Assembly (NCBI GenBank): GCA_976551045.1
Contig: CDPCPM010000367.1
Location: forward strand, 4,216,001-4,280,000
Origin: Glaucostegus cemiculus
Lineage: Eukaryota
Length of the DNA: 64,000 bases
Direction of reading: 5' to 3'
The translations under genes were made by a program, and so were the position numbers. The first letter of the stretch is position 1. Every line of letters starts with the position of its first letter. The notes beneath the pieces are model-generated. The model had not been told where the DNA came from. It saw only the letters and a program-made list of their open reading frames with translations, and did no database searches. Below, piece by piece: positions 38,562 to 52,105 of this stretch.

Positions 38562-39619
38562 CACCATAGACATGTGGTGCACCATAGACATTGCGACTGT
38601 GGTGCAAATTGAGTGAACGGATTGTTTATAGCTTTCGCGCATGTCGTTTATTCGAGATGCATAGGTTAGCAATCGTATAATATTACAAGAGTTTAACTTT
38701 GGTAAAGGCAGAATTAAAATAGTTATTGGGGAAAATATATCAATGAAGAAAATATAAATAGTGAAATACAGGTCGTTTCCATTATACTGAAATTGACTCA
38801 CCGCATCAAACATTACACTGAGTAAAACGCTTCAGACAAATTGAACACAAATAGCGACTCATTATGATCTGGAATATTGCTTAAGTACAATTGATTTTTA
38901 TCTTTATTATTTACTATGTGTACTATCATCTATAAGAATGGAGTCCTTTTCATGCGAACATATATGGCGAATAACTTGCGCTTGAAATTTTATTTTCTCT
39001 ATTATTAGTGAAATCAAGACATATATAAGAAAGAGTGTTTCAGTGCAGGGATTTTATTACTATTACATGCAATGATTTGAGAAAGATTCCGTCATTCCCT
39101 GTTTATAGAAACGTACTTTTCTCCGAATACTCCTTTAGACGTCTTATCAGAACATTGACCTGAATTAGAAGTAATAAATCAGGATCATGTTCTGAGTAGC
39201 ATCATTCCTCGTGTGCATAATAAACCTCCAGCTTGCAGCGTTGCAGGACTACTTACGCTCATTTGCATCAACCCTGAGTTATCCTCAAAACCAGTTTCGT
39301 TCTTCAAAACCACGATGGAACTCCGACACCCAAGCATAAAATTTAAAAAAAAGTATGACCCACTGGAAATGATCACTAAACACTAATATTATTTCAGAAT
39401 TGAATTATACATGCAGGGCAAGCAACATTTCATTCAGGTAATTAAGTGTCTTGAGGGCAATAGGAAACAAAAAAAGATAAATCTGGATATTACCATGAAA
39501 TTAATATATAAATATATTACAATTCAATAAAGGGTTATTAATTGGTCTCTTATAACAATTATCTTAATAATATAATGAATCAGAACGTCATTACCTGAAA
39601 TCTAAATAAAACTGATGAT

Positions 39620-41530
39620 TACGATTTTCATAAGAGGCCTAGACCATCATTTCCCAGACCTTCTTTGCAAATGCACAGTCCATAACGCGATGTGTGATCA
39701 TTTCATCCTCATTGTAGCCATCTCGAGCACAGTGTGCATTGGGAATGACTCTGCAGGAAGGAACTAACATGAAGGGCTCCTCTCACTGCCAGTCAAGCAG
39801 GGTCCTGGTACTAGTTGGTGAGCTCCCGAGATGAGGTAGTCTGCCAAATGGTTTTAACAGTCTGCTCAGGGAACCATCCCACAGGATCCATTATGTCCTC
39901 CCGCAGTCCCTGCAGGATGTTCTGTGCTGATCACTGCCTGTTGGTCTTATAATCAAAGGTATTTTTCTGAAAGAACTTTTGGCAAAGGACAGGTAGTGCA
40001 GCATGATCCAACTGAACGGCATATTGCATGGCAACGAGGCTAGGCCCATCCTTTGGAACACTAGGGACAGGTAGAATCTCAGCAGGCAGTGACACTTTGT
40101 GCTCGCACAATTTGGTTCAATGCACAGCTTGATGCAGCTGCACACAAAGGTGGCCATTAGGACAAGAGTGATGTTTGGTTTATACCTTCCCCCTTTGTCT
40201 GGGGATGCCTATCATGGCCTATTGGACATGCTCCACCTTAGATCCCTAACTGAAGTGGGAAATGGTTTGGGTGACTGGAAAATGGTTCGGTAGCAGGGTA
40301 TGGGCCACACCTGTGTCAAGTACAGCAACACTGAGAGCACCTCCCATCTGATGCCCAAATGCTTGCCAGTCATCGAGAGTGAGCACTGCTCCCATGGACC
40401 CAATTTCCCTTTAACCATAACTATCTCCTCCAGCCAATTTTTGTCACATACCTTGGCCCCTCTGAATCAAGTTCTTGGCACCTTCAGGTAGTTAGACTTG
40501 ACAGTGAAGGGGTTGGTGGACCATTTGGGCCAGCTGCTGATGTGCATGGTCTCGCTCTTCACATGGTTGACTCTGACTCCTGATGTCAACTCAAACTGGT
40601 CCCAGATGCTGATCAATCAATTCAGATTGACCTTGGATGGCATGGTAGCATAGAGGTTAGCATAATGCTTTACAGCACCAGCAACCCGGGTTCAAATCCG
40701 CCCACTGTCTGTAAGGAGTTTTTACGTTCTCTCAAGTCTGTGTGGGTTTCCTCCGGGTGTTCCGGTTTCCTCCCACATTCCAAAGATGTACAGGTTAGGA
40801 AGTTATGGGCATGTTATGTTGGCACCGGAAGCGTGGCAACACTTGCGGGCTGCCCCCAAAATCACTACGCAAAAGGTGTATTTCACTGTGTGTTTCAATG
40901 TACATGTGACTAATAAAGATTTTATCTTATCTTGAGTAGAAGACAGCAAGATCATCCACATACAGGGTGGCTTTTATCTGAGTGTCCCCACTGTCTGGCA
41001 TCATTGCCCTTCTTACACCCGCGTCTTTCCTGATGGATTTGACAAAGGGTTCTGTGCAGACATAATAGGAGTGGGCAACCCTGCCTTACTCCAGATTTGG
41101 AACATATCTGTTTGCCACCCATTGATTTGAACTGCACTATGGATATCTGGGTAGAGCAGTTGGATCCAATTCCTGATTCCCTCCCCAAAGCCTGTTTTTG
41201 GAGTGCATGTTCATCAAGTACCTGTGTGGTATCTTGTCAAAGGCCTTCTCCTGGTCTAAACTGACCAGGCAAATGTCACCCTCCTGTCCTATATGTAGGC
41301 AATGGTATCCCTGAGCAGTGCGAGGCTGTCAGAGATTTTCTTGCTGCGTACGGCACAGTTTTGGTCTTGGTGGATCACCTGTCCCAGAGCAGACTTGATC
41401 TGATTGGCAAAAACCTTGGACAGGACCTTGCATTCCACCCTCAACGGGGATATGGATCTCTCTGTCTTCTCCCACTTCTGCTTGTAGATGAGAGAGATGA
41501 CACCCATCCTTTATGGATTCCAACATGCTT
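39620..41530 (-). mobile_element. Tx1/L1-clade LINE ORF2 fragment, decayed, with nested SINE
   Basis: Fragments 'ISLIYKQK...KVLSKVFANQIKSALGQVIHQDQNCAV...KISDSLALLRDTIAY', 'LDQEKAFD' and 'SGVRQGCPL'. Confidence 0.85.
40639..40933 (+). mobile_element. V-SINE inserted into the Tx1 element
   Basis: tRNA-like head (ggttcaaatcc B box), V-domain and (tatct)n tail. It interrupts 'gaccttggat^..agtagaagac', which is contiguous in the paralogous Tx1 copy at ~49750. Confidence 0.9.
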
Positions 41531-41889
41531 CTAGCCCTCTAATCGAGACTGATATCCACAAAGAATTAACATGCTCTAGGAACATACAAAACTATAGTGC
41601 ATCATGAAGCATGGGATTACTAGTTTTCTACAAAGTAACAACAACTTGCAAGTGTGAATTAGAGTATCCATGTTACAACATAAAAAAGATTGATTAGGAT
41701 ATTGCAGTTGAAATCTCTGTACTGAAAGATGAAAACAGAATAGTAGGCTATGGAAATAATGAGAACTCGTGCAGTCAAATTCAGAAATACCTGGATCCTA
41801 TTTGTAGCTGGGTGTTAAGTTCCAGGTAAATAAATATAATTATCAGCTTTACGTTAGTGGAAGTACACACATCTATGTTAGTAGATTGT

Positions 41890-42350
41890 GGTTTCAAATA
41901 CCCCTTCAGTAACTGAGCACATCATCCAGGCTGACACTTCAGTACAGTTTTGAGAGGGTGCTGGGCTATCAGATTTGATGTGTTTTTAGAAGATATGTCA
42001 AAACAAGGTTTCTTTGAGAAATGCAGCACATATCTCCAGCGCTTAGGGTTTGTTCCTGACCTCCATGCTCTCTGTGCAAAGTTTGCCTGTTCTTCCTGTG
42101 ACTACATGAGTTTCCCCCATGCTCTGGCTTCTACCCACAGCCCAAAGTCTGGCTGCTTAGTAGGTTAATTGGCTACTGAAAGTTACTGCTAGTTTTAGTG
42201 CGATAGGAGAATTAGGGAGGGTGTGTGTGTGTAGTATTAATGGGTATATGAGAGGGAATAAGTTACAGGGAAATAATTGTGGAAATGGGATTGATGGGAA
42301 TGTTGTGAGAGCCATTACAAACTTGATAGGCTAAATGTCCTATTTGTAAG
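41890..42350 (+). mobile_element. Decayed DeuSINE-like fragment followed by an old V-SINE-like element
   Basis: 'tccaggctgacacttcagtacag...gagagggtgctg' is Deu-domain-like; 'tgagtttcccccatgctctggcttctacccacagcccaaag' is V-domain-like. Confidence 0.5.
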
Positions 42351-45300
42351 CAAATATATGAATCTGGCCAATGCTCATCTCTCAAGCAAAACCGTTAAAA
42401 CATATTTTTCAGGTAACTTATTACATTGATATTTGTGAGGGCTTGTGCAAAAAATCACTTCAATACAAAGAACTATGACAAGACATCCATGACTGTGAGA
42501 TATTTTAGGAAATTCTAAGGTTGTGATGTTACTTAAATACAAATTCTGACCATAAATAGTAGGAAAGCAATCAAAGTAAGATGTGTTAAATAGCCAGGCA
42601 GTGTGTTGTTTGAAAGACATTTAGGAATAACTGTGGATAGACCCAGAAGGCCAGCAACCTGGAACTTGATTGCAGTAAAATGGTAAATGGAATCTTGGAC
42701 TGTGTCAGTGGGAGATGGTTCATAAATAAGAAAAGATTGTAGCATTACTTCATAAAACATGGGTCAGATTATACCTAGTTCTGGCTGAAGATTTGATCAG
42801 AAAATTATGCAAAAGATTTTTCTGCTCTTTTGGGTACAAATCAAGGAATCAAAATTCTCTATGAACCCACCAAATGAGCTGAAGCAATCCAGCAAGTCTA
42901 CTTTGGGTGTGAGGTTTAATACCTATTAAATTCATGGAAGTTATTAAAAGGATAAAGGAAATTGATCACAGGAATTGCTATTGTAAAGGCTTCAAATACC
43001 AATGACACAGGGTAAAATAAAAATGCTCAAGTAATAGTAGGGAAATTGCTGGATGAAACAGTAAAAACCCATTCAAGCCAAAGAATTTATCATTATCATT
43101 CAAGACGTGGTTAAAATACATGATATAAAGGTAGTAAGGGACAAAATATAAAACAAAGAATGAAAGTCAGACATAACAGCCTTTGAAGCTATCAAGAAAT
43201 ATAACATTTTAACCTCAGTCTATATCTGTACATAATGAGTTTTATTCATCCTGTCACTGAAGAAATTGCGAAGCATAAAATTAATTATTTCTGTTAGCAG
43301 TCAGCCCTCATTACTGCTGCATATAAAAGTATTAGTTTTATTGACTGTGCACTGAAATTATCAAAGTGTACAATCATAATTAAATGCATAGATAACCATT
43401 TATTTTAGTATTTTAAGTATATTTATAAAGATCATCAATATCCTCATCCCCACTCCTACAAAATGTTGTGATTACTATTTGGATTATGGTTCCTCTGGTA
43501 CTAAAGCTTGCCTGTCAGCAGTGGCAGGTACATGCATTACAGTACCCTGCATATTAATTTTACTTGTTGCTCATCTGTCCAAATTTCCTGTAAGGTTGTG
43601 GTGATGGTGGGGTTTGTGGGATGATGCAGCAAGGAAGGTGGAGGATTGGTATTTGATACTTATATGGTATTTATCAGTCGTAGGAAGATTGCCCATTTTC
43701 ATCTTTTGCCATCAGAATCTCTGTTATAAATGTCAAGTGTGAACCTGAGATAGTTAATTCAGCTGATGGTGTAGTTCATGAAAGGCTGCACTTCTGATAT
43801 GAAATCTTTTTGATCTCTGTGATATACACAATAGTTACATTTTGCATTCAATTGGTATTAAACCACAAACTGGAAAGTAAGATAGTGAAAAAAAGAAATA
43901 GACGCTGATAGTTGTAAACAGTTCTTTGGATTTCTCCTGTTTTGAATTTGATAAACTTGATGGTTTGTAAAGGTTTGTTCTCAGTGCTAGCCTTTCATTG
44001 GTGCAAAAATTGTAAATTTATCCTACAAGACAGTAAATTAAACTTAGTCTTTGTCTATTGGTGTTGGTGGTTCAACTAGATATTAATATCCCACAACATT
44101 ATTTTGAAGAGGAACTGGGAGATCATCGGGAGCCATTCATTTCATTTTATCACAGTGAATTCACTTCAATATAATTCAACATATATATGAAACGTTTACT
44201 TAAAAGGCATTATTTAAATTCAAGTTTTTCTATTTTCAGTGAGAAGTGTAGAGGATAATCCTATTTAAATAATTCTGGATCCATCAAGTATGATATTCAG
44301 CAACCCTTCTCCAATAAATAATCACTGCCTCTGCAAAGATTTCAACAAGATTTCCAAACAAAATTTCCTTTCTTATCAACATATAAGAAAAGTAGTTTTC
44401 AAAGTTTTTAGAACTTTAGTAACCATGATAGATTTTGCACTGATTGAAAACAGTTTCCAGAGACTCTTTCCACCTCATAGAAAAGCAACATCTGTCGTAA
44501 TGTTAAAATATGGAGTGCTTTTTCGCTCTGAATTTTAGAAGGTGAACGTAGTGTTCTCAAAGAACATAAAAACTGGGTCGCTGTATCTAAGTTATTTCTT
44601 TTAAATATTAAAATATTTGATATTTTGTCATCCATCTTTTGGTCATACAGTTGGTCAGAGAGTTTAATTCCATGTACTTAAAAAAGTTGAAAACTGTTCA
44701 TTATAAAACTATTCATGAAAACTAACTGTATACAACCTAAATATTTTGCTTAAAATAAGTCAATTTGTTTCTTAGGAGTGTACTTTAAAAGTATAGTCAC
44801 AATACCCAGACCTGAAGTATGTATAAATTTATTTGTAAGTGATGTTCTTCCTGTCTTCCAGTGTGATATTTATTTTTACAGTTTAGATAAGAATAAAAAT
44901 TCCTGACTTTCTGGCTGATCAATAATACCCTGAACTATAATGCTCCTGGTTGACACTTCCAACATATTAATGAGTCTCTCATTGAAGATTGATCTGGTTT
45001 TGAATTTTCATAGCAGAATATCACATCTTGAGCTATTTGTTGCCAGTAGACACCTACTTTACTGACCTCATGAAAACTGCAGTTATTCAGAGGTAGGCAT
45101 TTACAATGAAAACTGTATAACCTCTGGAATCATTAGAAATGCAAAGAATTATTGTAAACTTTATAGAAGCAGCATCACATACAGTTAGACCTATAACAGG
45201 ATCCACAAGAACTATCAGGGACAACTTCTTGCCTTGATTTTATACATTGTACAACACTGAAAGGCACAATCAAAGTTTCAAGACAAAATTTAGTATACTA

Positions 45301-45889
45301 ATATAGTTCTGGTGTAGAGGTGAATGAACTGACGAGATCAGTGAAATGAACCAAGAACACTGAGTTCACATAACTTAGCAGGTATGCAAGAATTCAGTGT
45401 GGGATTTGTGACAAAAAACATTTTCCTTTGGATGCAACAATTCACCAAAACTAGAAGTCACAATGCTGGACTACTGTGTGACTTCAAAAAGCAAAGTAGA
45501 CTCCACATGGGTACCATAATAGAACAGAACTGTAGCAGACATCACTTTCCTGTGTCCCTACCTTTTCAGAAAACCTATTTGAATACTGTGGGCATTTGAT
45601 GAATAATCATATTAGCCACAGTTATGAAAGGATTGCACAATGATACAATGCTCCAGCCTTAAAGGATTTTTGCCTCCTTAAAAGGGCTGGAGCAGCTAAG
45701 CACTGAGGGAGCCCATGAAGTGAACAGCTCCAGTTGGAATGGTTCATGTGCAAGTCCACAATTTGTAAAGTCGGAGTGTAAAAGAACAAAATTTGATGGA
45801 ATTGATATGAAGCAATTCTTCAGCATGCTCGAAAACTGGATTGTTTGCTTAGGAGATTTAGTGACATCGTTACTGAGTAGCTATTGCAA

Positions 45890-46990
45890 GAATCAATTCT
45901 AAGGAACAGTATAAACCTGTAATTAGAAATGCTTAGATTAATCAGGTGCAGTCAGCACTGATTAATGAAAGGAAGACACTGTCTGACTGACTTTGATTTT
46001 TTTTTTGGGACGCTAACAAGGAGGGTCAATAAGAAGAATGTGTTGATGTAGTCTACAGGGACCTTAGCGAGGCTTTTGGTGAGGTCCCAATGTAGGCTGA
46101 TCAAAAATTAAATAAAAGTCCATGATATCCATGAGAGAGTAGCAAAGTGAAACTGAAATTAGCTCAAGCACAAAGTACACTGATGGACAAGTATTCTTGT
46201 GACAGTATGTCTTTTGCCATTGGGGTTTCACAGGGCTCAGTACTCTGTCCCTTCCTTTATGTAATGTATATTAGTGATTTATACTTAAATGTAGGGGGCA
46301 TGATAAAGAGATTTATTGTAGATGGTACAGATATTCAGGTCAGTTGGGCAGAAAGATGACAAACGAAATTCAGTCCAGTTGAGTGGGAGGATACTGCGTG
46401 GTATTGAGGAAAACATAGACCTTGGAGCAGGTTCCACAGAAAGCTTGATGAAAAGACCAAAAAGGTGGTTAAAAGAGCATAAGGAATACTTTCCTATATT
46501 AGCCAAGGCAGGGAGGGTCCACTGGAACTGTTATACCATAGCTACTATACTACATACTGTTCTGATCATCACATTGCTGGAGAGATGTACTTGCCCTGCA
46601 GAGGATGCAGAAGAAATTTAAAATGACATTGCCAGGACCAGAGGGAATATTGGATGGATTAAGTTTGTTTGCTTTGGACCACTGGAGGCTAAGGGGAGAG
46701 TTATTTGAACTGTTGAAAATTATGTGTCTCCTTGATAGTATAAATAGAAGAACCTATTTCTCTTAACAGAGGGGTCAAAAACCTAGGGATGTAGATTTAA
46801 AGTAATTGGAGGAAGAACCAGAGTGGAGATAAGGAAAACAGATTTTTCCCAGAAGGTGGTCAGTGACTGGAACTCACTGCCTGATGACTTTTAGGGCAAA
46901 AGACAATGCTGGAAGCTGGGATTAGATCAGGTAGCTCTTTTCTGACTGGAACGGACAAAATGGGTTGAATGGCATTATAGATTTTCTATG
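45890..46990 (+). mobile_element. Decayed CR1 LINE RT to 3' end
   Basis: Motifs 'DVVYRDLSEAFGEVP', 'GVSQGSVLCPFLYVMYISDL' and a CR1-like 3' tail. Confidence 0.8.
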
Positions 46991-47759
46991 GCTCTTAAGT
47001 AAATCAAAAGAGAGATGTCCTATACTCCCTCCATTGAAGGAAACTCATGAAAGCCACGGTATCCAGGATTGTGATTTACCCATGGAAGAAGAACTATCTC
47101 ACCAATGACCTCAAAGAATTCAGAGGTTTGTTGTCCATCTGTCTGACTATACAAATTATAAGGGAAGCAGTGTATAAAAGCACTGAGAAGGAACAGAATA
47201 GTTAGGAGAAGGAAGAACATGAAAAGACATGTCATCTTTGGAATCAACAATTCTACCTACTTGATTGCTTCCTTCTCCTCCATTAAGTGCATATCCAAAG
47301 GGCAGCTCCATCCTGAACCTTGTGTCAGCGTCCCCTCGAATCACAAGTAAACAAATCAGAATATCTCTTAACAGTGAAGCAGAGCTCCTACATCAGATAA
47401 TTTAGTTCACCCTCCACAGCCTGCAGGCTTGGATCTCACAGCATCCTAAATGCTTTATAAAATATCACAGCACCAGTATAAGGACAACTTTCTCTCAATC
47501 CTTGGAAGCAACTGTAAACAGAGCCAAGAGACAGATTTTAACAACTAACACATTACATGAAAAGTGAAATATAGTACTGCATTTGCTGGAAATGTTAAAT
47601 AAAATAAAGTGTTGGAATTATTCATTAGTTCAGATAGCATCCATGGAGAGAAAAACAGATTTAATGTTAAAAATCATGCCAAGCTCTGCAGACTAAACAC
47701 ATCCAGACATAAGTAGTAGCAAACAATTAAATGAAACTGAGAGAAGGAAGTTCCATGAA

Positions 47760-48640
47760 TTTCTCTAACTTGAATGATGATGTAGCCTAGAAGGTCAGTG
47801 TAAAAAGCCAAGGCAGAGTATTCTTATCCATTATCAGCTAGAAATGCTGACTGAATAAGCCAACTCAGCCTCCTCCTGAGGCCTTCACCAACACAAATGC
47901 CAATCTTTAGCCAGGTTTATTAACATCATGTATTGTCAAGAAATAGGTAGATCCAGCAAAGGTTATGGGTCCTGACAAATATTCAGCTGTGTGCTGAAAG
48001 TTTATTCCCTAGGATGAGCTGCATTTCGAACCAATCCATACTGGTACAGTTAAAACTGGAAACTTACTCAGGTAAATCATGTCAACAAAAAAGAACAATA
48101 AATCTAATTTAACAAATTATCGCTCTATTGGCCTACTCTCAATCACAAAGTGCTAGGAGTCATCAACAGCACCATCAAATGACACTTAACCTGCCAATAA
48201 TCTACCTAACAATGCTCAATTTGGGTTTTTGTATGACCACTCAACTCCTGACCTCAACACAATCTTGATCCAAATTGAATAAAGAGCTGAATTCTAAAGA
48301 TGAATTGCAAATGGCTGTCCTTGACAGCATTTGATAGAGTGTGACAAGATGAACTCTGATAAAACCAAAGTCAATGAGAATCAGGAAAAAGACTCAAATG
48401 ATTGCAGTAATATCCAGCTCAAAGGAAGTGGTGGTGATTGTTGGGTGCCAATCATCTCATGATGCAAGTTTCTTATGTCAGCCTTTAAATCTGAAACACC
48501 TTCAGATACCATATGACTTACTCTCCATCAGAAAGTTAAAATTAAATTTTGCTAATGATTGTACAGTACTTGTGCCCATTTACAGTTCCATACTGAAGCA
48601 GAAGCAGGTAGGTGTAGATAATAAGTGGCAACCTCACCAC
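47760..48640 (+). mobile_element. Old CR1 RT-region remnant
   Basis: Decayed 'KVMGPD', 'NYRSIGLLS' and 'AQFGF' motifs. Confidence 0.6.
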
Positions 48641-48715
48641 ACATATCTATCTTAGTGTGGTGGGGTTGCCACTTATTATCCACATCTGCCTGTTTCTGCT
48701 TCAGTATGGAACTGT
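48582..48715. repeat. Hairpin with 61-bp arms and a 12-nt loop
   Basis: 48582-48642 versus the reverse complement of 48655-48715 is 56/61 identical. Confidence 0.95.
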
Positions 48716-48719
48716 CTGT

Positions 48720-51000
48720 CTTAGCATGCATCACTGGGAACAGCCCATAGATAAGAAAGTCCTCTGCTATGCAGGTGCTCAGGATGAACCTCAACAAGAA
48801 CCCTCAAATACTTTTCCAGACATTCTCTGCAAATGCACAGTCCACAAAGAGATGGGGGATCATCTCATCCTCATCACTGCCATCTCGATGAAAGCATATG
48901 CTATGGGTAAAATGCTGACTGTGTAGGAAGAATCTGACAGGGAGAGCCCCTCTCACCACCAGCCAAGAGTGGACTTGGTGCTTGTTGGTGAGTTCTAGCA
49001 ATGAGGCATTTTGTCAAATCCTCTTGACAGTCTGCTTGGGGAACCATCCCACAGGATCTATCGTGTCCTTCTTCTGCATTGCCTGCAGGACATTTCGCAC
49101 TGGCCACTGCCTGATGGATTTGTGGTCAAAGGTATTTTTCTGGATAACTCTTTTGCAAAGGAGAGTTAATTCAAACTGAATGGAATATTGCTCAGCAATG
49201 AGGCCAGGCCCATCCATCGCAACACTGGGGCACATAGAACTTCAGCCTGCAGTGACACTTGGTGCCAGTGCACCTCAATTCTACCACAGCTTATGCAGCC
49301 ACATATAAAGGTGGCTATCAGAACAAGGGAAATGTTGGGTATGCTATTCCCGCTGTTGTGGGGGCACTTATGCATTTGCAACCCTTGGATCCATACATGA
49401 AACAGAAAATGACTTGGGTGATTGGCACAAGGGAATGGGCCACACCTCCACCAAGTACAGGAACACCGGGAGCACCTCACACCTAATGACCGGTTCTTGC
49501 CTGCCATCAAGAGGGAGCACCTGCTCCCACATCATAATTTTCCTTTAACCTTGCCTATCTGCTCCAGGCAATTTTTGTTACGCACCTCGGCCCCTCTAAA
49601 CCAGGTCCCCTGCACCTTCGGGTCATCGGTCCTGATGGTGAAGGAGACAGTGGACCGACTGGGCCAGCTGCCAAAGTGCATGGCCTCACTCTTCCTGCAA
49701 ATGACATTGGCCCCTGATGCCAACTCAAACTAGTTGCAGATGCTGCAGACTGACCTTGGATCCAAGTAGAAGACGGTGCTGTTGTGCATCTACAGGGAGG
49801 CTTTGATCTGAGTGCTCATCATTACTCCTCCTGTGCCAGCATCCTTCCTGGTGGATTTGGCAAAGGGTTCTGAGCAGCACACAAACAAGAAAGGGGAGAA
49901 TAGGCAATCCTGGCTTACTCCATACTTGATGGGGAAGCTATCTGCTTCACACCCATTGATTTGAACTGCACTACTGATGGCTGTGTAGAGCACTTGGATC
50001 CAATTCCTGATTCCCTCCCCTAAGCCCATTTTGGAGAGCACAGCCATCATGTACATGAGTGATATCCTGTCAAAGGACTTTCACCTGCTCCAAGCTGAGA
50101 TTCTCTTGCCAGATACAGCACAGGTTTGGTTTGGGTGGATCACTTGTCCCAGAACAGACTTGATCCAATTGGCAGGGAACCTGAACAGGATGCTGTAATC
50201 CACATTCAATGATGATATATGTCTTCGATTCCTGATGGCTGGCTTCTTCCCCTTCTGCTTGTAGGTACAGGTGATGATGTCCTTCCTCGCGGATTCTGAC
50301 ATTCTGCCAGCTAGAAGCAAAGCATCATACACTTCCAGCAGATCTGGGCCCATGCACTCTCACAGAGCTAAGTATAACTCAGCCAGTAAGCTATTGCTTT
50401 ATTCTGCTCAAGGGCATGGATGGAATCTATCAGCTCCTCCAGCCTCAGTGGCTGGTCCTGACTCTCCCACTTGCTGTCATCGAGGACCTCAGAGAGAGAG
50501 GCCAGGAAGTTCTGGAAGGTTGCACTGTCTATGGCCTTTTTGAAGGATTTACAGATTGTTAATATGTCCATTTGCGAGGATGTTACTGAGCCGTCCTCTT
50601 CCTTAAGGCTGTGGATCACAAAAGCTCCCTCGTGAACCTTTTGGAAGAAGTAATGTGAGCACATCTCAAGCTGCTCCACAAGGCTGACTGGATCAGAAGA
50701 TGATATTGGACAATTCTGAGGCAAAAAGAAAGGCTTGCTGGCTCTTTGCTCTCTGAGTTCCTTCCTCACTTCCAGTGCCCTCACCCCTCCCCTTGACTGC
50801 AGAAGGAAAAGATTATGCAAGTTGGTCTGGAGTTGATACAATTCCCCCAGACTCTGTCCTGCTTTCTGAACTCCTTTAAAGGTGAAGAACCTTTTGATGT
50901 CCTCCTTGGTTGCCACCCACCAGCGCATTGGGGAGTCAAAGAGGGGCTTCATGGTTCTCCAACCTGCGTAGTGCCTTTTTGGTTCTTGATGTTCTCAAAC
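48720..51000 (-). mobile_element. Second Tx1/L1-clade LINE ORF2 fragment (RT and zinc-knuckle region)
   Basis: ORF pieces 50368-50952, 50081-50353 (YKQKG...SLNVDY...VIHPNQTCAVSGKRIS), 49790-50056 (GVSQDCLFSPFLFVCCSEPFA) and 48804-49001 (WLVVRGALPVR...HLFVDCAFAENVW). Confidence 0.9.
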
Positions 51001-51485
51001 CCAAGAAGGTGAACATCACCTGTGGTAAACCTATATCTGTGTAATCAGCACTTCATCCACCACGTTAAACATCACTCCACCATAATTCGCACATAGTGGA
51101 TACTGTGGGTCCTATGTACAAAATGCACTGCAGCAACTTGCCAATTGTTCCTTCCCAAAATCTCTCAAACCAATGACCTCTATCACCCGGAATGATAAGG
51201 GCAACAAGCCCCTGAGCACAAACACCATGCCACCAACAATCCTGATTTAAAGAGTAATCAACTGCTCCTTCCTTGTGGTCAGGTCAAAACCCTACAAGTC
51301 CTTATCTAACAAGAGAATGGGAATACATTCGCCACACAAACCGGCAATTTATTCGCTCGCCATCATATTCTCAGAGGTAACCAGGGATTGGGCAATAAAT
51401 GTTGGTCCTGCTGGCGGCGGTCCATCAGTTAAAAATCCTGTGAATGAATATGGAAAAGAGATGGCCACCTGCCTGTTGTAGAACA

Positions 51486-51504
51486 CGGCCAGGAGGTGGC
51501 AGCC
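51486..51504 (+). promoter_or_regulatory. CTCF-like motif
   Basis: cggCCAGGAGGTGGCAGcc is close to the consensus CCASYAGRKGGCRS. Confidence 0.55.
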
Positions 51505-51599
51505 TGTCGCTGCAAACTATTAACATGTTTTAAGAGTACACATATTCAATTTTCCTTTTTCAAAAATATACATTTCGTAAGTAAACAAAGCATCGTAAA

Positions 51600-52105
51600 A
51601 CAAAATTTAAATCAGCGCGGAACCAGTTCTTCGCCTTAGAAATCAGGGCATATATTTCCCCCAACAGGAAACATCTCCAAACATCGCCTGAGAACCAGTG
51701 GTCACAAATGACACAACCCAACAGACATCAGCAGTTTCATTTCGATCATTATTCTTCGGAAATACCCAACTCAAGGCTGCAAGTCAGCGCGCAGTTTTGT
51801 TGGAAGGTGAAGAATGAAGCGTTCCCGATGAAAAGGCGGCCGAACACGCAGCCCTCGGGTTTGTGAGCTACTGGCGCGACTGGGAGTTTGAAGATCTGTC
51901 TGAGCAAAATATCGGCACAACAGGGAAGAACCGCCGCCTCTTTTAGCGGGAGGGAGAAGAAAGCCACATTCCGAACGATCACAGTATAAATCACCAGCAA
52001 TGTAAGGAAAATCAGATACTTAAAGCGCCCATGAAGATTAATGTCGGGCAATAATCTTTGCAATTAGGAATGACCGTCATAAATCGTTTGTTCGCTGCTT
52101 TCAGG
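51600..52105 (+). promoter_or_regulatory. C2orf88: C2orf88 CpG-rich promoter and putative non-coding exon 1
   Basis: CpG-rich, TATAAA at ~51986, donor AGG|GTGAGT at 52106, and a matching acceptor tttttcgcag| ending at 52458. Confidence 0.55.

Noticed and set aside
40639-40710. tRNA-like A/B boxes (also at ~5170-5240 and ~57160-57230)
   Set aside because: These are SINE heads continuing into V-domain sequence, not tRNA genes.
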